This document shows positions 10,568-21,319 of a stretch of 45,230 nt of DNA, one piece after another. The notes beneath the pieces were generated by a model. It was given only the letters and a program-made list of their open reading frames with translations, made no database searches and was not told the origin of the DNA. The stretch comes from a virus (taxonomy: Duplodnaviria > Heunggongvirae > Uroviricota > Caudoviricetes): IMG/VR virus record IMGVR_UViG_2718218139_000011; one strand, 5' to 3'. Position numbers and translations under genes: made by a program. Positions within the stretch are counted from its first letter, which is position 1; every line of letters starts with the position of its first letter.

Positions 10568-13179
10568 CGCCCGCCTCCGGAAAATACGCCACCGTCACGC
10601 ATCTGCGCCTGAATCTCATCCCGCGCCCCCTTACGGGCCATGTCATACACCGCTTTCAGCAACTGCGGCCCTGGCTGACCGCCGGTACCGTCATTCTGAA
10701 TCACCACGTTGTTGTTCTGCTCAAACCGGATACCCTCAGCGCGACGCATCTGCGCCGGACTTCCTTCACCTCCCACATAACCGCCTTCCGCATACCCCCG
10801 CATCAGGCGGTACAGGTTACCGACGCCAATACGGCTGGTCGCCTCCTTCGTGAAGACAAACTCACCGCGGTGAACAATCCCCGCAGGTTCGTATTTGCCA
10901 CCCGTGCCCGTAAATCCGCCGGTCGCAAAGTTGAAGTTCGCTGCCGCACTGCTGATGGCCGTTCCCGTGGAGACATGCGCCCCGCCCCCGGCGAAGGCAC
11001 CGCCAATGGCACTGCCGATACGCCCGACAATCCCCACCATGGCCTGCTTCAGCAGAATTTCTGTCATCATGGACAGCACGGAACGGGTGAATCCCCGCCA
11101 GTCTGCCTCTGCACCGGTCAGCATCGCCGCCATATTCTGTGCAATACCATCAAAGGTCTGCATGGCCGCACTTTTCACCTGCGAAAAACTGTCCGTCGCA
11201 CTTTCCGCCCACTCTCCCCAGCCGGACTTCAGCCCGGCCAGCCAGTCACCGCGCAGCATGTCTTCATCCGCCCATGTCTGTTTCAGTGCCCCGGTGACCT
11301 GTGCCAGCGCCTGCGGATTATCGCCGTACACGTCACGAAGACGCTGCTCTTCAGACTCCCGCTGCGCCTGACGGTCAGTGAGACCGCGGGCTTTTGCGCT
11401 GATGGCTGCCTGCTTCGCGCTCTGCTGCTGTTCAAAACGCGCCGCCTGCTGTGCCAGCTCATTGAGCCGTTTCTGGTGTTCAACCTTGTCGCCCAGCTCA
11501 GCCAGCTGGCGTCTGTACTCCAGTGTCTCTTTCTCATGGGCCAGCAGGGATTTTTCCTGCCCGGATAACTGCCGTTTCGTGGCCGCCTCCTTCAGGACCG
11601 CATACTGGCTTTCCGCCTTCCACAGCGCCCGGCGCTGCTGGCTGATTTTCTCATTCGCACCGCTGTGTTTTTCCAGCATCCGGAGTTCAGCTTCAAGGGC
11701 AAGCAGCGCTTCCCTTGCCTGCTCTTCCTCCCTCTCCCCGGCAGAGCGCGTTTGCCGGGATGTGCGATTTTTACCTTTCAGCTCTTCCGCCAGGCGACTG
11801 ACGTCATCCTGCTGGCCCGGTCCCTTGCTGACGCCTGTTGCACGAGAACGCCTGATATACCCCATTTCCCCCTGGCGTATACGCGCATCCCGTTCCGCAA
11901 TGGATTTTCTCAGCGCCAGCTCATCGCGTTTTGTTTTCTCAATAAATTCCCTGTTCTCTTCTGCCAGCTCGCCAAACAGCGCACTGACGCCGGGGACATC
12001 TTTTGTCGTTTCCCAGGCTGACTGAATAAATTCAGCCAGCGCCAGATCCCCCTGCACAAGCAGCAGCTTCACCTGCTCAACGGTTCCGGCCACCACGTCA
12101 GTGATCAGACTGAGTGCCCCCAGCGTGTGATCACCTATCCATGCCCATGCGTCAGCGGTCCAGGTTTTAACATCGTCCCAGATTTTTTCCACCGGCGTGG
12201 CCGCTTTATCGAGTTGCTCCAGACGCGCATTCATGACATCCGCAAACAGGTTCATCGCCTCCGTCACCGCCGCCTGTTTACCTTTCGTGCGCTCAAGCTC
12301 ATCAATATGGCGCAACTGGGAGACGCTCAGGAAGTTATACTGCTGATTCAGGGAGGCCAGCGCCTTCACCGGATCTGCTGCAATCCCTTCAAAGGCTTTT
12401 TCCACCTTCCCGGCATCGTCCCCCACCGTCTGCAGCCACCGCTGCGAGGTTTCCCCCATGATCCGGAGCTGCCCGGCGGTATATTTTCCGCTTTCTGCCA
12501 GACGGGCCAGATTTTCTGCCGCCTGTCTGACGCCACCACCGGCTTCATCGCTGATCCCCCCGGCCATTTTCCACAATTCTGCCGTTGTGGTGGCCGCAGC
12601 CCCGCCGGTCAGGGTCAGTGAACGCAATAAGGCCCGATCAGCCTGCTCTGCCTGCCAGGAGGCAGCAGCAAGCGCGGCCAGTGCGGCAACCCCGCCGCCT
12701 GCCGCCAGACGGGCCACCGACATAAATCGCCCCAGTTCACCGGCATTCCGGGCATTTTCAGCCAGTGCATTTGCCGTATCTGACAGCGAATCCTCTGCTG
12801 AGTCAGTGGCATCCCTGATCCCGAGAAGTTCCTCCTTCAGCAGGGTAAGCAGGCTGAGCGGCCCGCCGAAGGAGTCGCTGATCTGCCCACCCTGCTGAAG
12901 CATGATAAGGAAGGGATTCTGACCACCGGCAAGCTGAGTGACTATATCCGTGAACTGTGCGGGCAGTGTGCGCATGGCCGCCTTATACTGCCCGAGGGAT
13001 ATTCCGGCTTTTTGTGCAGCCAGCGCCTGACGACTCAGCCCCTGTTCAACAGCAGCGGCGGTTTTTCTTGCATCCGCCTCCATCCCGGAAAAATGACGCC
13101 TGACCCGGGCCATCTGTTCATCGAACCGGGCCGCATCCAGACTCAAATCAATAACCAGATCACCTGCTGGCCGGGACAT
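10564..13179 (-). CDS. H: Tail tape measure protein H
   Basis: 871 aa; collinear with lambda gpH. Confidence 0.95.
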   Translation of the reverse strand: MSRPAGDLVIDLSLDAARFDEQMARVRRHFSGMEADARKTAAAVEQGLSRQALAAQKAGISLGQYKAAMRTLPAQFTDIVTQLAGGQNPFLIMLQQGGQISDSFGGPLSLLTLLKEELLGIRDATDSAEDSLSDTANALAENARNAGELGRFMSVARLAAGGGVAALAALAAASWQAEQADRALLRSLTLTGGAAATTTAELWKMAGGISDEAGGGVRQAAENLARLAESGKYTAGQLRIMGETSQRWLQTVGDDAGKVEKAFEGIAADPVKALASLNQQYNFLSVSQLRHIDELERTKGKQAAVTEAMNLFADVMNARLEQLDKAATPVEKIWDDVKTWTADAWAWIGDHTLGALSLITDVVAGTVEQVKLLLVQGDLALAEFIQSAWETTKDVPGVSALFGELAEENREFIEKTKRDELALRKSIAERDARIRQGEMGYIRRSRATGVSKGPGQQDDVSRLAEELKGKNRTSRQTRSAGEREEEQAREALLALEAELRMLEKHSGANEKISQQRRALWKAESQYAVLKEAATKRQLSGQEKSLLAHEKETLEYRRQLAELGDKVEHQKRLNELAQQAARFEQQQSAKQAAISAKARGLTDRQAQRESEEQRLRDVYGDNPQALAQVTGALKQTWADEDMLRGDWLAGLKSGWGEWAESATDSFSQVKSAAMQTFDGIAQNMAAMLTGAEADWRGFTRSVLSMMTEILLKQAMVGIVGRIGSAIGGAFAGGGAHVSTGTAISSAAANFNFATGGFTGTGGKYEPAGIVHRGEFVFTKEATSRIGVGNLYRLMRGYAEGGYVGGEGSPAQMRRAEGIRFEQNNNVVIQNDGTGGQPGPQLLKAVYDMARKGARDEIQAQMRDGGVFSGGGR

Positions 13180-14022
13180 ATCTCACACCTCCGTAAATCC
13201 CCGCTGAAGCCATCATTAATGCGGCATCATCCACCGGGACATCCTCCACATCCGCAGAAGGTAAAATATCGCGCCCTTCGCCCCCACCGAACCGGACACC
13301 ACCGGCAAGGCCCTCCGCCTTCTGTATCAGTACATCATTTTCGTCCGGCATTGCCGTCAGTTCTTCCTCTGTCTTCGGTACAAGCAGACTGAAATCCGCC
13401 GGATGCATCTCCGGATCGCAAAAAAACAGGCTGAGTACGGCGTACATCAGCCCGGAAAAATGTGCATCCAGTTGTGTGTCCTGAAAATAATGCGTGCAGT
13501 AAAAACGTCGCCAGTCGGCATATTCCGTGGATGTCATCCCGGCAAGCATGGCGCGCCAGTCAGGCCTCCCCATCTCGCGCGCCAGTTTCAGGACAAAATT
13601 CAGCTCGCCTTCGAACGCTTTTTTGATGTTACCGGCTCAGTTGTGCCTGCTTTCCCGGTTTGTTCAGGATCTGCATCACTCCGGTTATCCAGCATACCTG
13701 AAAGCGAAAGCACCCGGTTCGTTGCCTGATTCAGTGCATCAGCAGGCCATCCCAGCATCACTTCACGGCGGATCTGCTGCATCTCTGTCTCCGGAGAGAC
13801 CAGTGTGCCTTTGAGAGGATGCGTGTGCCAGAGCGACATCGCCACAAGCAGGGACGCCGTATCCAGATAACGCTGGTTAATACGCACGGCATCATGCTCC
13901 GTTGTCTCCTGTTGTCCTGCGTCTGAAACAAACCTCATATAATCAAAGCGCTGCAGTGCCGACAGTTCCGAAAGCGTGACGGATACCCCGTTATATTCAA
14001 ATTGTTCTGTTTTCAGGAACAT
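13160..14022 (-). CDS. GT: Tail assembly chaperone GT fusion made by programmed -1 ribosomal frameshift
   Basis: T frame (13160..13573 track ORF) is -1 relative to G and open upstream to the slippery heptamer; -1 reading gives ...KKAFEGELNFVLKLAREMGRPDWR. Confidence 0.8.
13600..14022 (-). CDS. G: Tail assembly chaperone G
   Basis: 140 aa; MFLKTEQFEYNGVSVTLSELSALQR matches lambda gpG. Confidence 0.95.
   Translation of the reverse strand: MFLKTEQFEYNGVSVTLSELSALQRFDYMRFVSDAGQQETTEHDAVRINQRYLDTASLLVAMSLWHTHPLKGTLVSPETEMQQIRREVMLGWPADALNQATNRVLSLSGMLDNRSDADPEQTGKAGTTEPVTSKKRSKAS
13618..13624 (-). other. Slippery heptamer A AAA AAG for the G-T -1 frameshift
   Basis: Minus-strand AAAAAAG in X XXY YYZ phase in the G frame, 6 codons before the G stop; other GGGAAAG-like sites are out of phase or blocked by a stop in the -1 frame. 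Confidence 0.75.
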
Positions 14023-14037
14023 ACTTTATCTCCTCCC

Positions 14038-14787
14038 TCAGCCCGCTGCGCCATCCGTGACGGTAATTTCCGCCACCGCCGCAAACTCACCGTTACCGGT
14101 GACAACAGGGATCTGCGCTTTACCTGCCGCAACACCTTTCACGGTGATCGTGTTCCCTTTCACGGTAATGGTGGCGAAATTCTGATTCGCCGACGTGGCG
14201 CGGAACGTTTTATCCGTCGCCCCTTCCGGCTGAACGGCCACGGTCAGGGTGGTGCTCTGACCTTTTGCCACATTCCCCGTCTGGGGTGTCACGGTAATAC
14301 CGGTGACCGGCGTGATTTCACCCCGATCTTCCGCCAGCGACGGACGACCAATGTTGGTAATTTTTACCGTACGGGTGATCACCTCTTTAGCCGTCACGGC
14401 TTTACCAATGGCACTCACCCAGCCACGGAACACATCCACCGTGCCGTTCGGGAAGCGGATTTTGTAAGCCCGGGTCTCGCTGCTGTCAAACCAGGCAATC
14501 AAATCACGCTGCCCTTTCTCGCCGGGCTTCCAGGCCAGCGTAAAACTGGTTTCACCGGCAGATTTCTGGCCCTGCCCGGTGGATACCCAGTCCGCATCCT
14601 CATCATCCAGATAGTTATCGTCGTAGGATTCCGCCGTCATCTCGCCCGGCGTCAGATCCTTTATTTTTGCCAGGCGCGTCCACTCGTCATCGGACAGCGG
14701 GTTTGCATAAGCATCGCCCTTTCCGGTGTAAACCCAGAGCGTGGTGCCGGAACCTTTTACCGGCGCCAGGGGATTTGGTGTTGCCAT
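14038..14787 (-). CDS. V: Major tail protein V with C-terminal Ig-like domain
   Basis: 249 aa; lambda gpV-like. Confidence 0.95.
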   Translation of the reverse strand: MATPNPLAPVKGSGTTLWVYTGKGDAYANPLSDDEWTRLAKIKDLTPGEMTAESYDDNYLDDEDADWVSTGQGQKSAGETSFTLAWKPGEKGQRDLIAWFDSSETRAYKIRFPNGTVDVFRGWVSAIGKAVTAKEVITRTVKITNIGRPSLAEDRGEITPVTGITVTPQTGNVAKGQSTTLTVAVQPEGATDKTFRATSANQNFATITVKGNTITVKGVAAGKAQIPVVTGNGEFAAVAEITVTDGAAG

Positions 14788-14794
14788 ATCGTCC

Positions 14795-15190
14795 TCACAT
14801 TTCGTAGGTAATGGAATAAGTCAGATCTGCCGAGCTCCATAACGCCATATCGTCATCACGACGATACTCATAGCCCTGCGTAACCATCGTGGTAATCAGG
14901 CCTGCCAGTGCAGGGATCGCTGTCATCGCCGGATAAATCCGGCTTTCCATCCACTGATCAAGTTCTGAATCCGGTACCTGTGCCGGTAAAAACACCTCAA
15001 TATGCAGCGTGGCCCGCCAGGTATCTGCATCCAGCTCTTCGCCGGTATACTCTGCATCGGTCAGATAGACCGCGACTGCCGGAAAATCCTCTTCCTCAAA
15101 AACAACGGGGCGACCATCAAACAGCGTCGCCCCGTGTTTATGCTGCTCCAGTGCATCCAGCACTGCCGCACGGATATCAGTATGTTTCAT
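14795..15190 (-). CDS. U: Tail terminator protein U
   Basis: 131 aa; near-collinear with lambda gpU. Confidence 0.95.
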   Translation of the reverse strand: MKHTDIRAAVLDALEQHKHGATLFDGRPVVFEEEDFPAVAVYLTDAEYTGEELDADTWRATLHIEVFLPAQVPDSELDQWMESRIYPAMTAIPALAGLITTMVTQGYEYRRDDDMALWSSADLTYSITYEM

Positions 15191-15762
15191 CGTTTTATCG
15201 CAATTCTGAGTTGTTGTTTCAGCGCATATGCCAGTTCTTTGGGCAGGCGTTCACGACGGATACGGTCAACGTTTTCATCAAACGCCTGTTTCAGTGGAGC
15301 CGCCATCGGGATTTTCACCACCTGAATGGGAAGGCGATTACGCTTTTTCCTTCCCTTGTCGTCATTGCCCTTCTCATATCTGGCTTCGGGAAGACGTTGC
15401 ATAACATGCCAGCGCCCATTATTTAATCGCTGGATAAATGCCCGCTGATAACGATGCTGACCGGCTTTGAGTATGCTGTTCGGACGACGCCCCAGCATTC
15501 TGATCCCCAGCTTAATCACAGGGAGATCACCGCGGTTAACGATAATTTTTGCATTCGGATTTCTGACCGTCGCCCGTTTCAGTCTGGACCGTTCCTTAAC
15601 CAGTTTCCGGCGTACCTTTGTCTCCCGGGCAACCTGTGATGAAGACTGATTAATCGCCGTTGTGGCCACGCGGTTAATCGTCATTGCTGAAGCCGCCGGA
15701 ATGGCGTTTTTACGAACCCGGCTCAGATTTTCAATCGCCTGATCAAGCCCTTTTATCGCCAT
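15187..15762 (-). CDS. Z: Tail completion protein Z
   Basis: 191 aa; lambda gpZ-like. Confidence 0.9.
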   Translation of the reverse strand: MAIKGLDQAIENLSRVRKNAIPAASAMTINRVATTAINQSSSQVARETKVRRKLVKERSRLKRATVRNPNAKIIVNRGDLPVIKLGIRMLGRRPNSILKAGQHRYQRAFIQRLNNGRWHVMQRLPEARYEKGNDDKGRKKRNRLPIQVVKIPMAAPLKQAFDENVDRIRRERLPKELAYALKQQLRIAIKR

Positions 15763-15777
15763 AATTTCACCCTGCGT

Positions 15778-16131
15778 TTATCGTCGCCGGTTAACAGCGG
15801 GTGGTTGCCCACGGTTGAGCCAGAGATAACAACTGCCCCCGTCATCCGGAGAAACACGATCCACCCAGAACATCTCGCCGTTAATGGTCAGAGTGTCACC
15901 ACGCCGCACAGCACGCACCGTATCCGTCCGCACAAATAATGACGGGCAGCTTCCTTCAATACGGACCCCGCCACCGGCAAAACCCAGCGACTCCGGATCG
16001 TCAAAAACCCCCTGAACTTCGCCGCCACGCTGTGCACCGGAGGTGAACTGCGCACTGATGCCCATCACTTCAACGATCGTACTGTCCACCCCGGCGAGGG
16101 CAGCATCAAAGGCATTCTGAAAATCACGCAT
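15778..16131 (-). CDS. FII: Head-tail connector protein FII
   Basis: 117 aa; lambda gpFII-like including C-terminal DRVSPDDGGSC.LWL.RG.PPAVNRRR. Confidence 0.95.
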   Translation of the reverse strand: MRDFQNAFDAALAGVDSTIVEVMGISAQFTSGAQRGGEVQGVFDDPESLGFAGGGVRIEGSCPSLFVRTDTVRAVRRGDTLTINGEMFWVDRVSPDDGGSCYLWLNRGQPPAVNRRR

Positions 16132-16507
16132 ATTCAGCCGTTCCGTGCTGTATCATGGCCGTTGCCAGTGATGATGGCACCAGAACACGCATACCCCGTA
16201 ACGCCAGCTCAACGGGACGACCTGTCTCCGGGCAATACCCCATTACTTGCAGGCACTTCCGTACCCGGACGGCTTTAACATCATCCGGAGCATCCGTGTT
16301 GTTCAACTGCTCACCATCGTCTGTGTGATTTTGATCAGACCCGCTCTCATCAGAGTGCATAATGCCCTCCGGGGAAACAGCAAACTCCTCTTCCCACTCA
16401 GACACACGCTGAGCAATATCCGCAGCACTCCCCGACATATCCGCCTCGCGCCCCAGCAGGCCAGCCAGTTGACGAAGACGATTCAGATTTTCTTCTTTTG
16501 TTGCCAT
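16124..16507 (-). CDS. FI: DNA packaging protein FI
   Basis: Start taken at internal MATKEENLNRLRQL; acidic middle region as in lambda gpFI. Confidence 0.8.
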   Translation of the reverse strand: MATKEENLNRLRQLAGLLGREADMSGSAADIAQRVSEWEEEFAVSPEGIMHSDESGSDQNHTDDGEQLNNTDAPDDVKAVRVRKCLQVMGYCPETGRPVELALRGMRVLVPSSLATAMIQHGTAEYA

Positions 16508-16558
16508 CTCAGTCTCCTGCGAAAAAAGACACGGGGGCATTCCGCCCCCGCTCACGGC

Positions 16559-17587
16559 TTATTTCACCTGTACCACCACAAACTCATCCGGATCCGGCAG
16601 CACCATCAGCGGTGCGGACTGCATCATGGTGAATTCACGGGCCGGATCGCCCACGGTCATCCAGTGTTTCGGATAACGGGAAGAGGCCACCACACCTTCG
16701 GACAACGCCTGCGCATCCTGAATGGCACCATAGCAACGGATGCCCTCAGCAGCCGTATTTCCCAGGACCAGCGTGCCCTCCGGCAGATAACGTTTTTCGG
16801 TACCGTCTTCTGCCACATAAGACGTTTTCGCCACCACAATGGCCAGATCGCCGTAATACCCCTTGAAGGACACCACTGCGCCCAGATCTTTCACTGCCGT
16901 TTCGAGTTGTGAATTTGAGCCGCGACGGGTATCCAGTTTTTCGCGGAACAGCTTAAAGCCATTCAGCAGACGCCAGACAGTACCGTCCATAATGGCGATA
17001 TTCACAAGACCGCTGGCCTGATCGCAGTAGAGGTCAATATCATGCGTCGGATCAAACGTATCACGGTCCTGCTCAGACCATTTTTTACCGTCAGCCTGCT
17101 CAATGTTATTTCCTTCAGAGCGCCCGAAATCCACCTCGACAGTATCAAACTGCTCCCCTTCCATGGTGTATTTACCATACAGCACGGCATTCACCGCCTG
17201 CATTTCCTCCACCTGGACAATGGCATGCTCTTCCTGTTTGAGGTTATCAGTGATGATACGCAGACGACGGTAGGCCGGGTCGTTCAGTTGCGCCGGATCT
17301 TCACCGGGAAGGCGCTCCACCGCCTGCTGGTAATTAAATTCGTGTTTCGGCTTGACGTAGCCCGGACGCAACACGCGGGTTTCACCACCGCGATGACGCA
17401 GCACTTTTCCTTCAACAACCGGGGAGACATAGGCTGCCACCGGCGTTTTTCCGGTAATTTTGTCCAGCATCACCTCTTCGGTGTGGAAATTCACCGTACG
17501 GCGGAAAAACAGCTCCAGAAACAGCGCACGAAATTTCACTTTTTGTTCGGTATAACCGAGTAACTGGCGAGTCGTAAACAATCCCAT
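16559..17587 (-). CDS. E: Major capsid protein E
   Basis: 342 aa; collinear with lambda gpE. Confidence 0.95.
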   Translation of the reverse strand: MGLFTTRQLLGYTEQKVKFRALFLELFFRRTVNFHTEEVMLDKITGKTPVAAYVSPVVEGKVLRHRGGETRVLRPGYVKPKHEFNYQQAVERLPGEDPAQLNDPAYRRLRIITDNLKQEEHAIVQVEEMQAVNAVLYGKYTMEGEQFDTVEVDFGRSEGNNIEQADGKKWSEQDRDTFDPTHDIDLYCDQASGLVNIAIMDGTVWRLLNGFKLFREKLDTRRGSNSQLETAVKDLGAVVSFKGYYGDLAIVVAKTSYVAEDGTEKRYLPEGTLVLGNTAAEGIRCYGAIQDAQALSEGVVASSRYPKHWMTVGDPAREFTMMQSAPLMVLPDPDEFVVVQVK

Positions 17588-17644
17588 AAATCAGTTCCTT
17601 TCATTCAGAAATCAGTCAGGCCACCGTGGTGGCCTGATAACGTG

Positions 17645-17992
17645 TTACGGCAGCGCCGCGTGACTCAGGGCTGTGCCGACAAAGGCATTGGCCTTTTTGT
17701 GTTCATCCACACTTTCAGGCCAGCGGATTGCCTCCGTCGCAAAGGTCCCCGACTTGTAATACGTCAGCACCTTCTCTGTGCCTTCAAGCGGCAGTACCAG
17801 TATGCCAACCGCACTACCGGCTTTCTGTCCGTCCCAGACCACCAGTTTCCCGGTGGACTCATCCAGCATCAGGGGGGTCAGTGCCGGTGTTGCAGAAGAA
17901 ATCCCGCTGCTGCCTGTGGCGGTATGAGCCGGATCATTACCGGCAAAAATACGTACTTCCGTACGCTGTTCAGTGATGGTTTTTGTTACCAT
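17645..17992 (-). CDS. D: Head decoration protein D
   Basis: 115 aa; lambda gpD-like (NDPAHTATG, TPLMLD, YKSGTF). Confidence 0.95.
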   Translation of the reverse strand: MVTKTITEQRTEVRIFAGNDPAHTATGSSGISSATPALTPLMLDESTGKLVVWDGQKAGSAVGILVLPLEGTEKVLTYYKSGTFATEAIRWPESVDEHKKANAFVGTALSHAALP

Positions 17993-18028
17993 ATTCTTGA
18001 AACCTCCTATTGATGATCAGCACTGACT

Positions 18029-19534
18029 TCATGGCATGGCCATGAGCATTTTCACGTCCGCATCACCGTCTGCCGACGTCTGTGACACGCCACCCTGCAC
18101 CGCTGCCGGTGAATGGTTCGCCATGAAATGCTCAAACATGGCGGTTGTGGATGCAGAGACCGGTTCTGCCTTACCTGATCCCGCAGCCAGCACAGCCCGG
18201 GCGTTCTCCACGGTCATTCCCGGGCAGGCAGCCAGTTGTTCAGCCTGCGCCTCAGCCCCTTTTGCCTCATCCAGGGCCATAATCTGATCACGGAGTGAAG
18301 GTCCGGCATCTGCCTGCGGTGAAGCCGCCAGGACAGGGCGGGCTTTTTCCACCGTCATATCCGGCATCGCCGCCAGCGTTGCCGCCAGTTGTTCACGTCC
18401 TTTCGCCTCTTCACACGCCATAATGCGATCGGCTTCACTCTGCGCGGATGTCACCGGCTGCTGCGGTGCTGCCGCGGCCAGAATCGCCCGGGCCTGTTCA
18501 ACGCTCATGCCCTGTTGACCTGCCAGCATCGTGGCAAGCTGTTCACGTCCTTTCGCTTCCTGACACGTCAGGATCCCCATCACCCGCTGGTTCTCCTGCG
18601 CGGCGGCTTCCGTTGCAGTTAATTGCGGCATAGTGCCTCCTGTATCATGTGTGTTCAGCGCCGTTGCCATCACACTGATGGCATCCGACGCATTGATTAA
18701 TTCATCCGCCAGCCCGGCCTCAATACCGGACTGACCTTCAAAAACGGCAGCCTCTGTCCCCGTGACAGCTTCCACAGACAGCCCCGTATACATCGCCACT
18801 TTTTCGGCAAACATCCGGTGCGCCGCATCAATCCGCTGCTGCATGTCCTGGCGAACCTCTGACGGCAACGCTTCAAACTGATTGCCATCCACCTTGTGCG
18901 CCCCGGCGTAAATCAGCGTGATATCCACACCGGCCTGCGCCAGATGACCGGCATAGCTGACATGGCTCATCATCACGCCAATGGAGCCGATACGGGATGT
19001 CTGGGTAACCAGACGTCGGGAGCAGGCCGACGCCAGCAGCATGGCCGCAGAACAGGCCGTGTCATTGCACAGTGCCCAGACAGGCTTCTGCTGCCGGAGG
19101 CGATAAATCATGTCAGCGCAGTCAAACGCACCGGCGGCCTGACCGCCCGGACTGTCAATGTCCAGCAGTACGCCCCGCACCTGGCTATCCGCCATTGCCT
19201 GCTGAAGACAGGCTACAATGCCGTCATAACCTGTCATTCCGGAAAATGGCCGCATACCGCCCAGCCGGTGCACCAGCGTGCCGGTCACCGGCAGTACAGC
19301 AATGCCGTTCACCACCCGGTAAACACGGGCCGGTCGTTTTCCTCCGGCCATGTACTCGTCCGTTTCAGCCAGCATTCCGGGAGCATCAAGCTGTACCTGC
19401 TGTTGTGGTACCGAAAGACTTGCTGCCCCCATCTCGCGCCCGAGCGCGCAAAAGAAAACCCGCGCATAGGCGGGCTCCAGAAGCAGCGGTTCATTGAATG
19501 CTGCGGCAATAATGTGTGAAAGATTACGTCTCAC
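18029..19534 (-). CDS. C: Prohead protease/scaffold C (S49 ClpP-like) with Nu3-like repeat region
   Basis: 501 aa; lambda gpC-like N-terminal protease; three internal ~35-aa repeats of EAKG.E..A..LA...GMTVE.AR..LAA in the C-terminal third. Confidence 0.9.
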   Translation of the reverse strand: MRRNLSHIIAAAFNEPLLLEPAYARVFFCALGREMGAASLSVPQQQVQLDAPGMLAETDEYMAGGKRPARVYRVVNGIAVLPVTGTLVHRLGGMRPFSGMTGYDGIVACLQQAMADSQVRGVLLDIDSPGGQAAGAFDCADMIYRLRQQKPVWALCNDTACSAAMLLASACSRRLVTQTSRIGSIGVMMSHVSYAGHLAQAGVDITLIYAGAHKVDGNQFEALPSEVRQDMQQRIDAAHRMFAEKVAMYTGLSVEAVTGTEAAVFEGQSGIEAGLADELINASDAISVMATALNTHDTGGTMPQLTATEAAAQENQRVMGILTCQEAKGREQLATMLAGQQGMSVEQARAILAAAAPQQPVTSAQSEADRIMACEEAKGREQLAATLAAMPDMTVEKARPVLAASPQADAGPSLRDQIMALDEAKGAEAQAEQLAACPGMTVENARAVLAAGSGKAEPVSASTTAMFEHFMANHSPAAVQGGVSQTSADGDADVKMLMAMP

Positions 19535-21116
19535 GTGGTGTTGTCTCCTCTTCCGGCCTGCGACTCTCCGCTATCTGCTGCTGATACGCCTGCGCTATCC
19601 ACACCGGGCGTGAGAGTCCGGCTTTTTCCCGCTCTGCAGATTCCCTGACCTGCTGGCGGAAAATGTCCTGATAATCCTCGCCCATCAGCGCCAGCTCTTT
19701 CTCATACGTGCTCAGTCCGGCCTTAATGCGCATCACCGATTCCTGGACTTCCTTGAGCCCGTCAATGGCCATTCTTCCGGCACCAATCCACTCTGCCCGT
19801 GACCAGGCTGATCGCGCCTGATAAAAATCAAAACGCGCCCGTGGCGGACGGATAATCCCCCGAAGAAGTGCCTCTTCCAGCCAGCAGGAAAACATCTGCG
19901 TGGCCAGCCGGGCCGCAATAAATTTTCGCCGCCCCATAAAATAGCGCCACGACTCATTGGCGGAGGCGCGGGCACTTGAGTAACTGACCTTCGAGTAATC
20001 ACTGGACAACTGTTCGTAGGAAACGCCAAGACCGGCAGCGATATACCGCAGCAGCGCCTGTTCAAGCGCCGAAAATCCATTGTCTGAATCCTGCGCAGTC
20101 TGCAGTTTCAGCTCGTCACCGGGAAAAAGGTGCGGAATTTTGACACCGCCCAGCGTCACGTGATTCGTGTCATACCAGCTGGAGAACTTCTCCAGAATAT
20201 TAATAAGCGGATTATCCTTCTGCCCCTGCGGCGCACCGGCGATATATTCAAAGGCCTTTTCGGTATCAAGTTCACTTTCAATCGTCGCTGCATACATGGC
20301 TTTCACAATGGCCGACTGAAGCTGCGTGGCCTGCAGGGAATCGAGCATCTTCAGCCGTTCCATAACGCTGTAAAACTGATTGGCCCCACGGGTCTGCCCG
20401 TCCTCCACCGGCTCGAAAATATGCAGCATGGCCGGACGCCCGGTGGGAAGTTCACGCGGGATCCGCTCCCATCGACCACTACCCGGGAACGGAAAATCAT
20501 CCTCACAGATATGGTACGCAACGGCCCGTCCATGCCGATCGACCTCCACCCCGGCCCGCAGAAAACGGTTCCCCATACCGTGTCCCGGCGTGTCCACCCG
20601 TTTCGGACTCACGGCTTTAAAACGCGTACGAAACAGTTGCGTGGTCTCCGCATCCCAGACCGGCTGCACAAAGATTTCGCCGTTAAACGCATGAACGCCC
20701 ACACCTTCACGGATAAATTCCGTGAACGTGCGTTTTCCTTCCACGTCGATCTCGCCAGACATCCCTTCGGCGTATTCCGACCAGGCCGCCTCCACCTCAT
20801 CGACAAAGCTTTTTGCTGCGGTCTCCCGCATCCCCAGCCAGCGCCAGTTCGGACGGTAGCTGATCAGAAACATATGCCCGACAATGTGATCCTTATGCAG
20901 TGCCACCGCATTAGCCGCTATTCCGTTATTGCGCACCAGATCATCTGCCCGGGCATTCCCCAGACGCAACGCGGGCAGCAGGGCCGCATCGGCACTCTGC
21001 GCCGGTGGCAACCACTCCGCCATTTGCCCGCCAAATCCTGCGCCGCCCCCGTTGTAGCTGAGACTCTCACGAAGCGGAATGCCGTTCACATCAATCAGGA
21101 CAGGTGTTCGTTTCAT
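19524..21116 (-). CDS. B: Portal protein B
   Basis: 530 aa; lambda gpB-like. Confidence 0.95.
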   Translation of the reverse strand: MKRTPVLIDVNGIPLRESLSYNGGGAGFGGQMAEWLPPAQSADAALLPALRLGNARADDLVRNNGIAANAVALHKDHIVGHMFLISYRPNWRWLGMRETAAKSFVDEVEAAWSEYAEGMSGEIDVEGKRTFTEFIREGVGVHAFNGEIFVQPVWDAETTQLFRTRFKAVSPKRVDTPGHGMGNRFLRAGVEVDRHGRAVAYHICEDDFPFPGSGRWERIPRELPTGRPAMLHIFEPVEDGQTRGANQFYSVMERLKMLDSLQATQLQSAIVKAMYAATIESELDTEKAFEYIAGAPQGQKDNPLINILEKFSSWYDTNHVTLGGVKIPHLFPGDELKLQTAQDSDNGFSALEQALLRYIAAGLGVSYEQLSSDYSKVSYSSARASANESWRYFMGRRKFIAARLATQMFSCWLEEALLRGIIRPPRARFDFYQARSAWSRAEWIGAGRMAIDGLKEVQESVMRIKAGLSTYEKELALMGEDYQDIFRQQVRESAEREKAGLSRPVWIAQAYQQQIAESRRPEEETTPRET

Positions 21117-21319
21117 AACCTCACTCCCAGCGGACGACGGCGACGGCGGGTTGTCCCCAGCACTGACTCCGCATCATTGATCGCACGGTTAAGCTCATCC
21201 AGAGAGGCCGCCGTATATTCAATTCTGCGACCATCTTTCTGGACAGACACCACCCGTTTACCGGTTAATAAATCAAGGCGCGCCTGACGCAGCGCCTGCA
21301 GTTCAGCGACTGTAACCAT
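21113..21319 (-). CDS. W: Head-tail joining protein W
   Basis: 68 aa; lambda gpW-like (LLTGKRV..VQKDGRR.E.TA.S). Confidence 0.9.
   Translation of the reverse strand: MVTVAELQALRQARLDLLTGKRVVSVQKDGRRIEYTAASLDELNRAINDAESVLGTTRRRRRPLGVRL

Noticed and set aside
10357-11568. Long plus-strand ORFs inside H, and similar ones inside J, V, B and A (for example 14002..14811, 20130..21287, 22080..22781)
   Set aside because: Each overlaps a strongly supported lambda-like structural gene on the opposite strand; Arg/Pro/His-rich shadow translations
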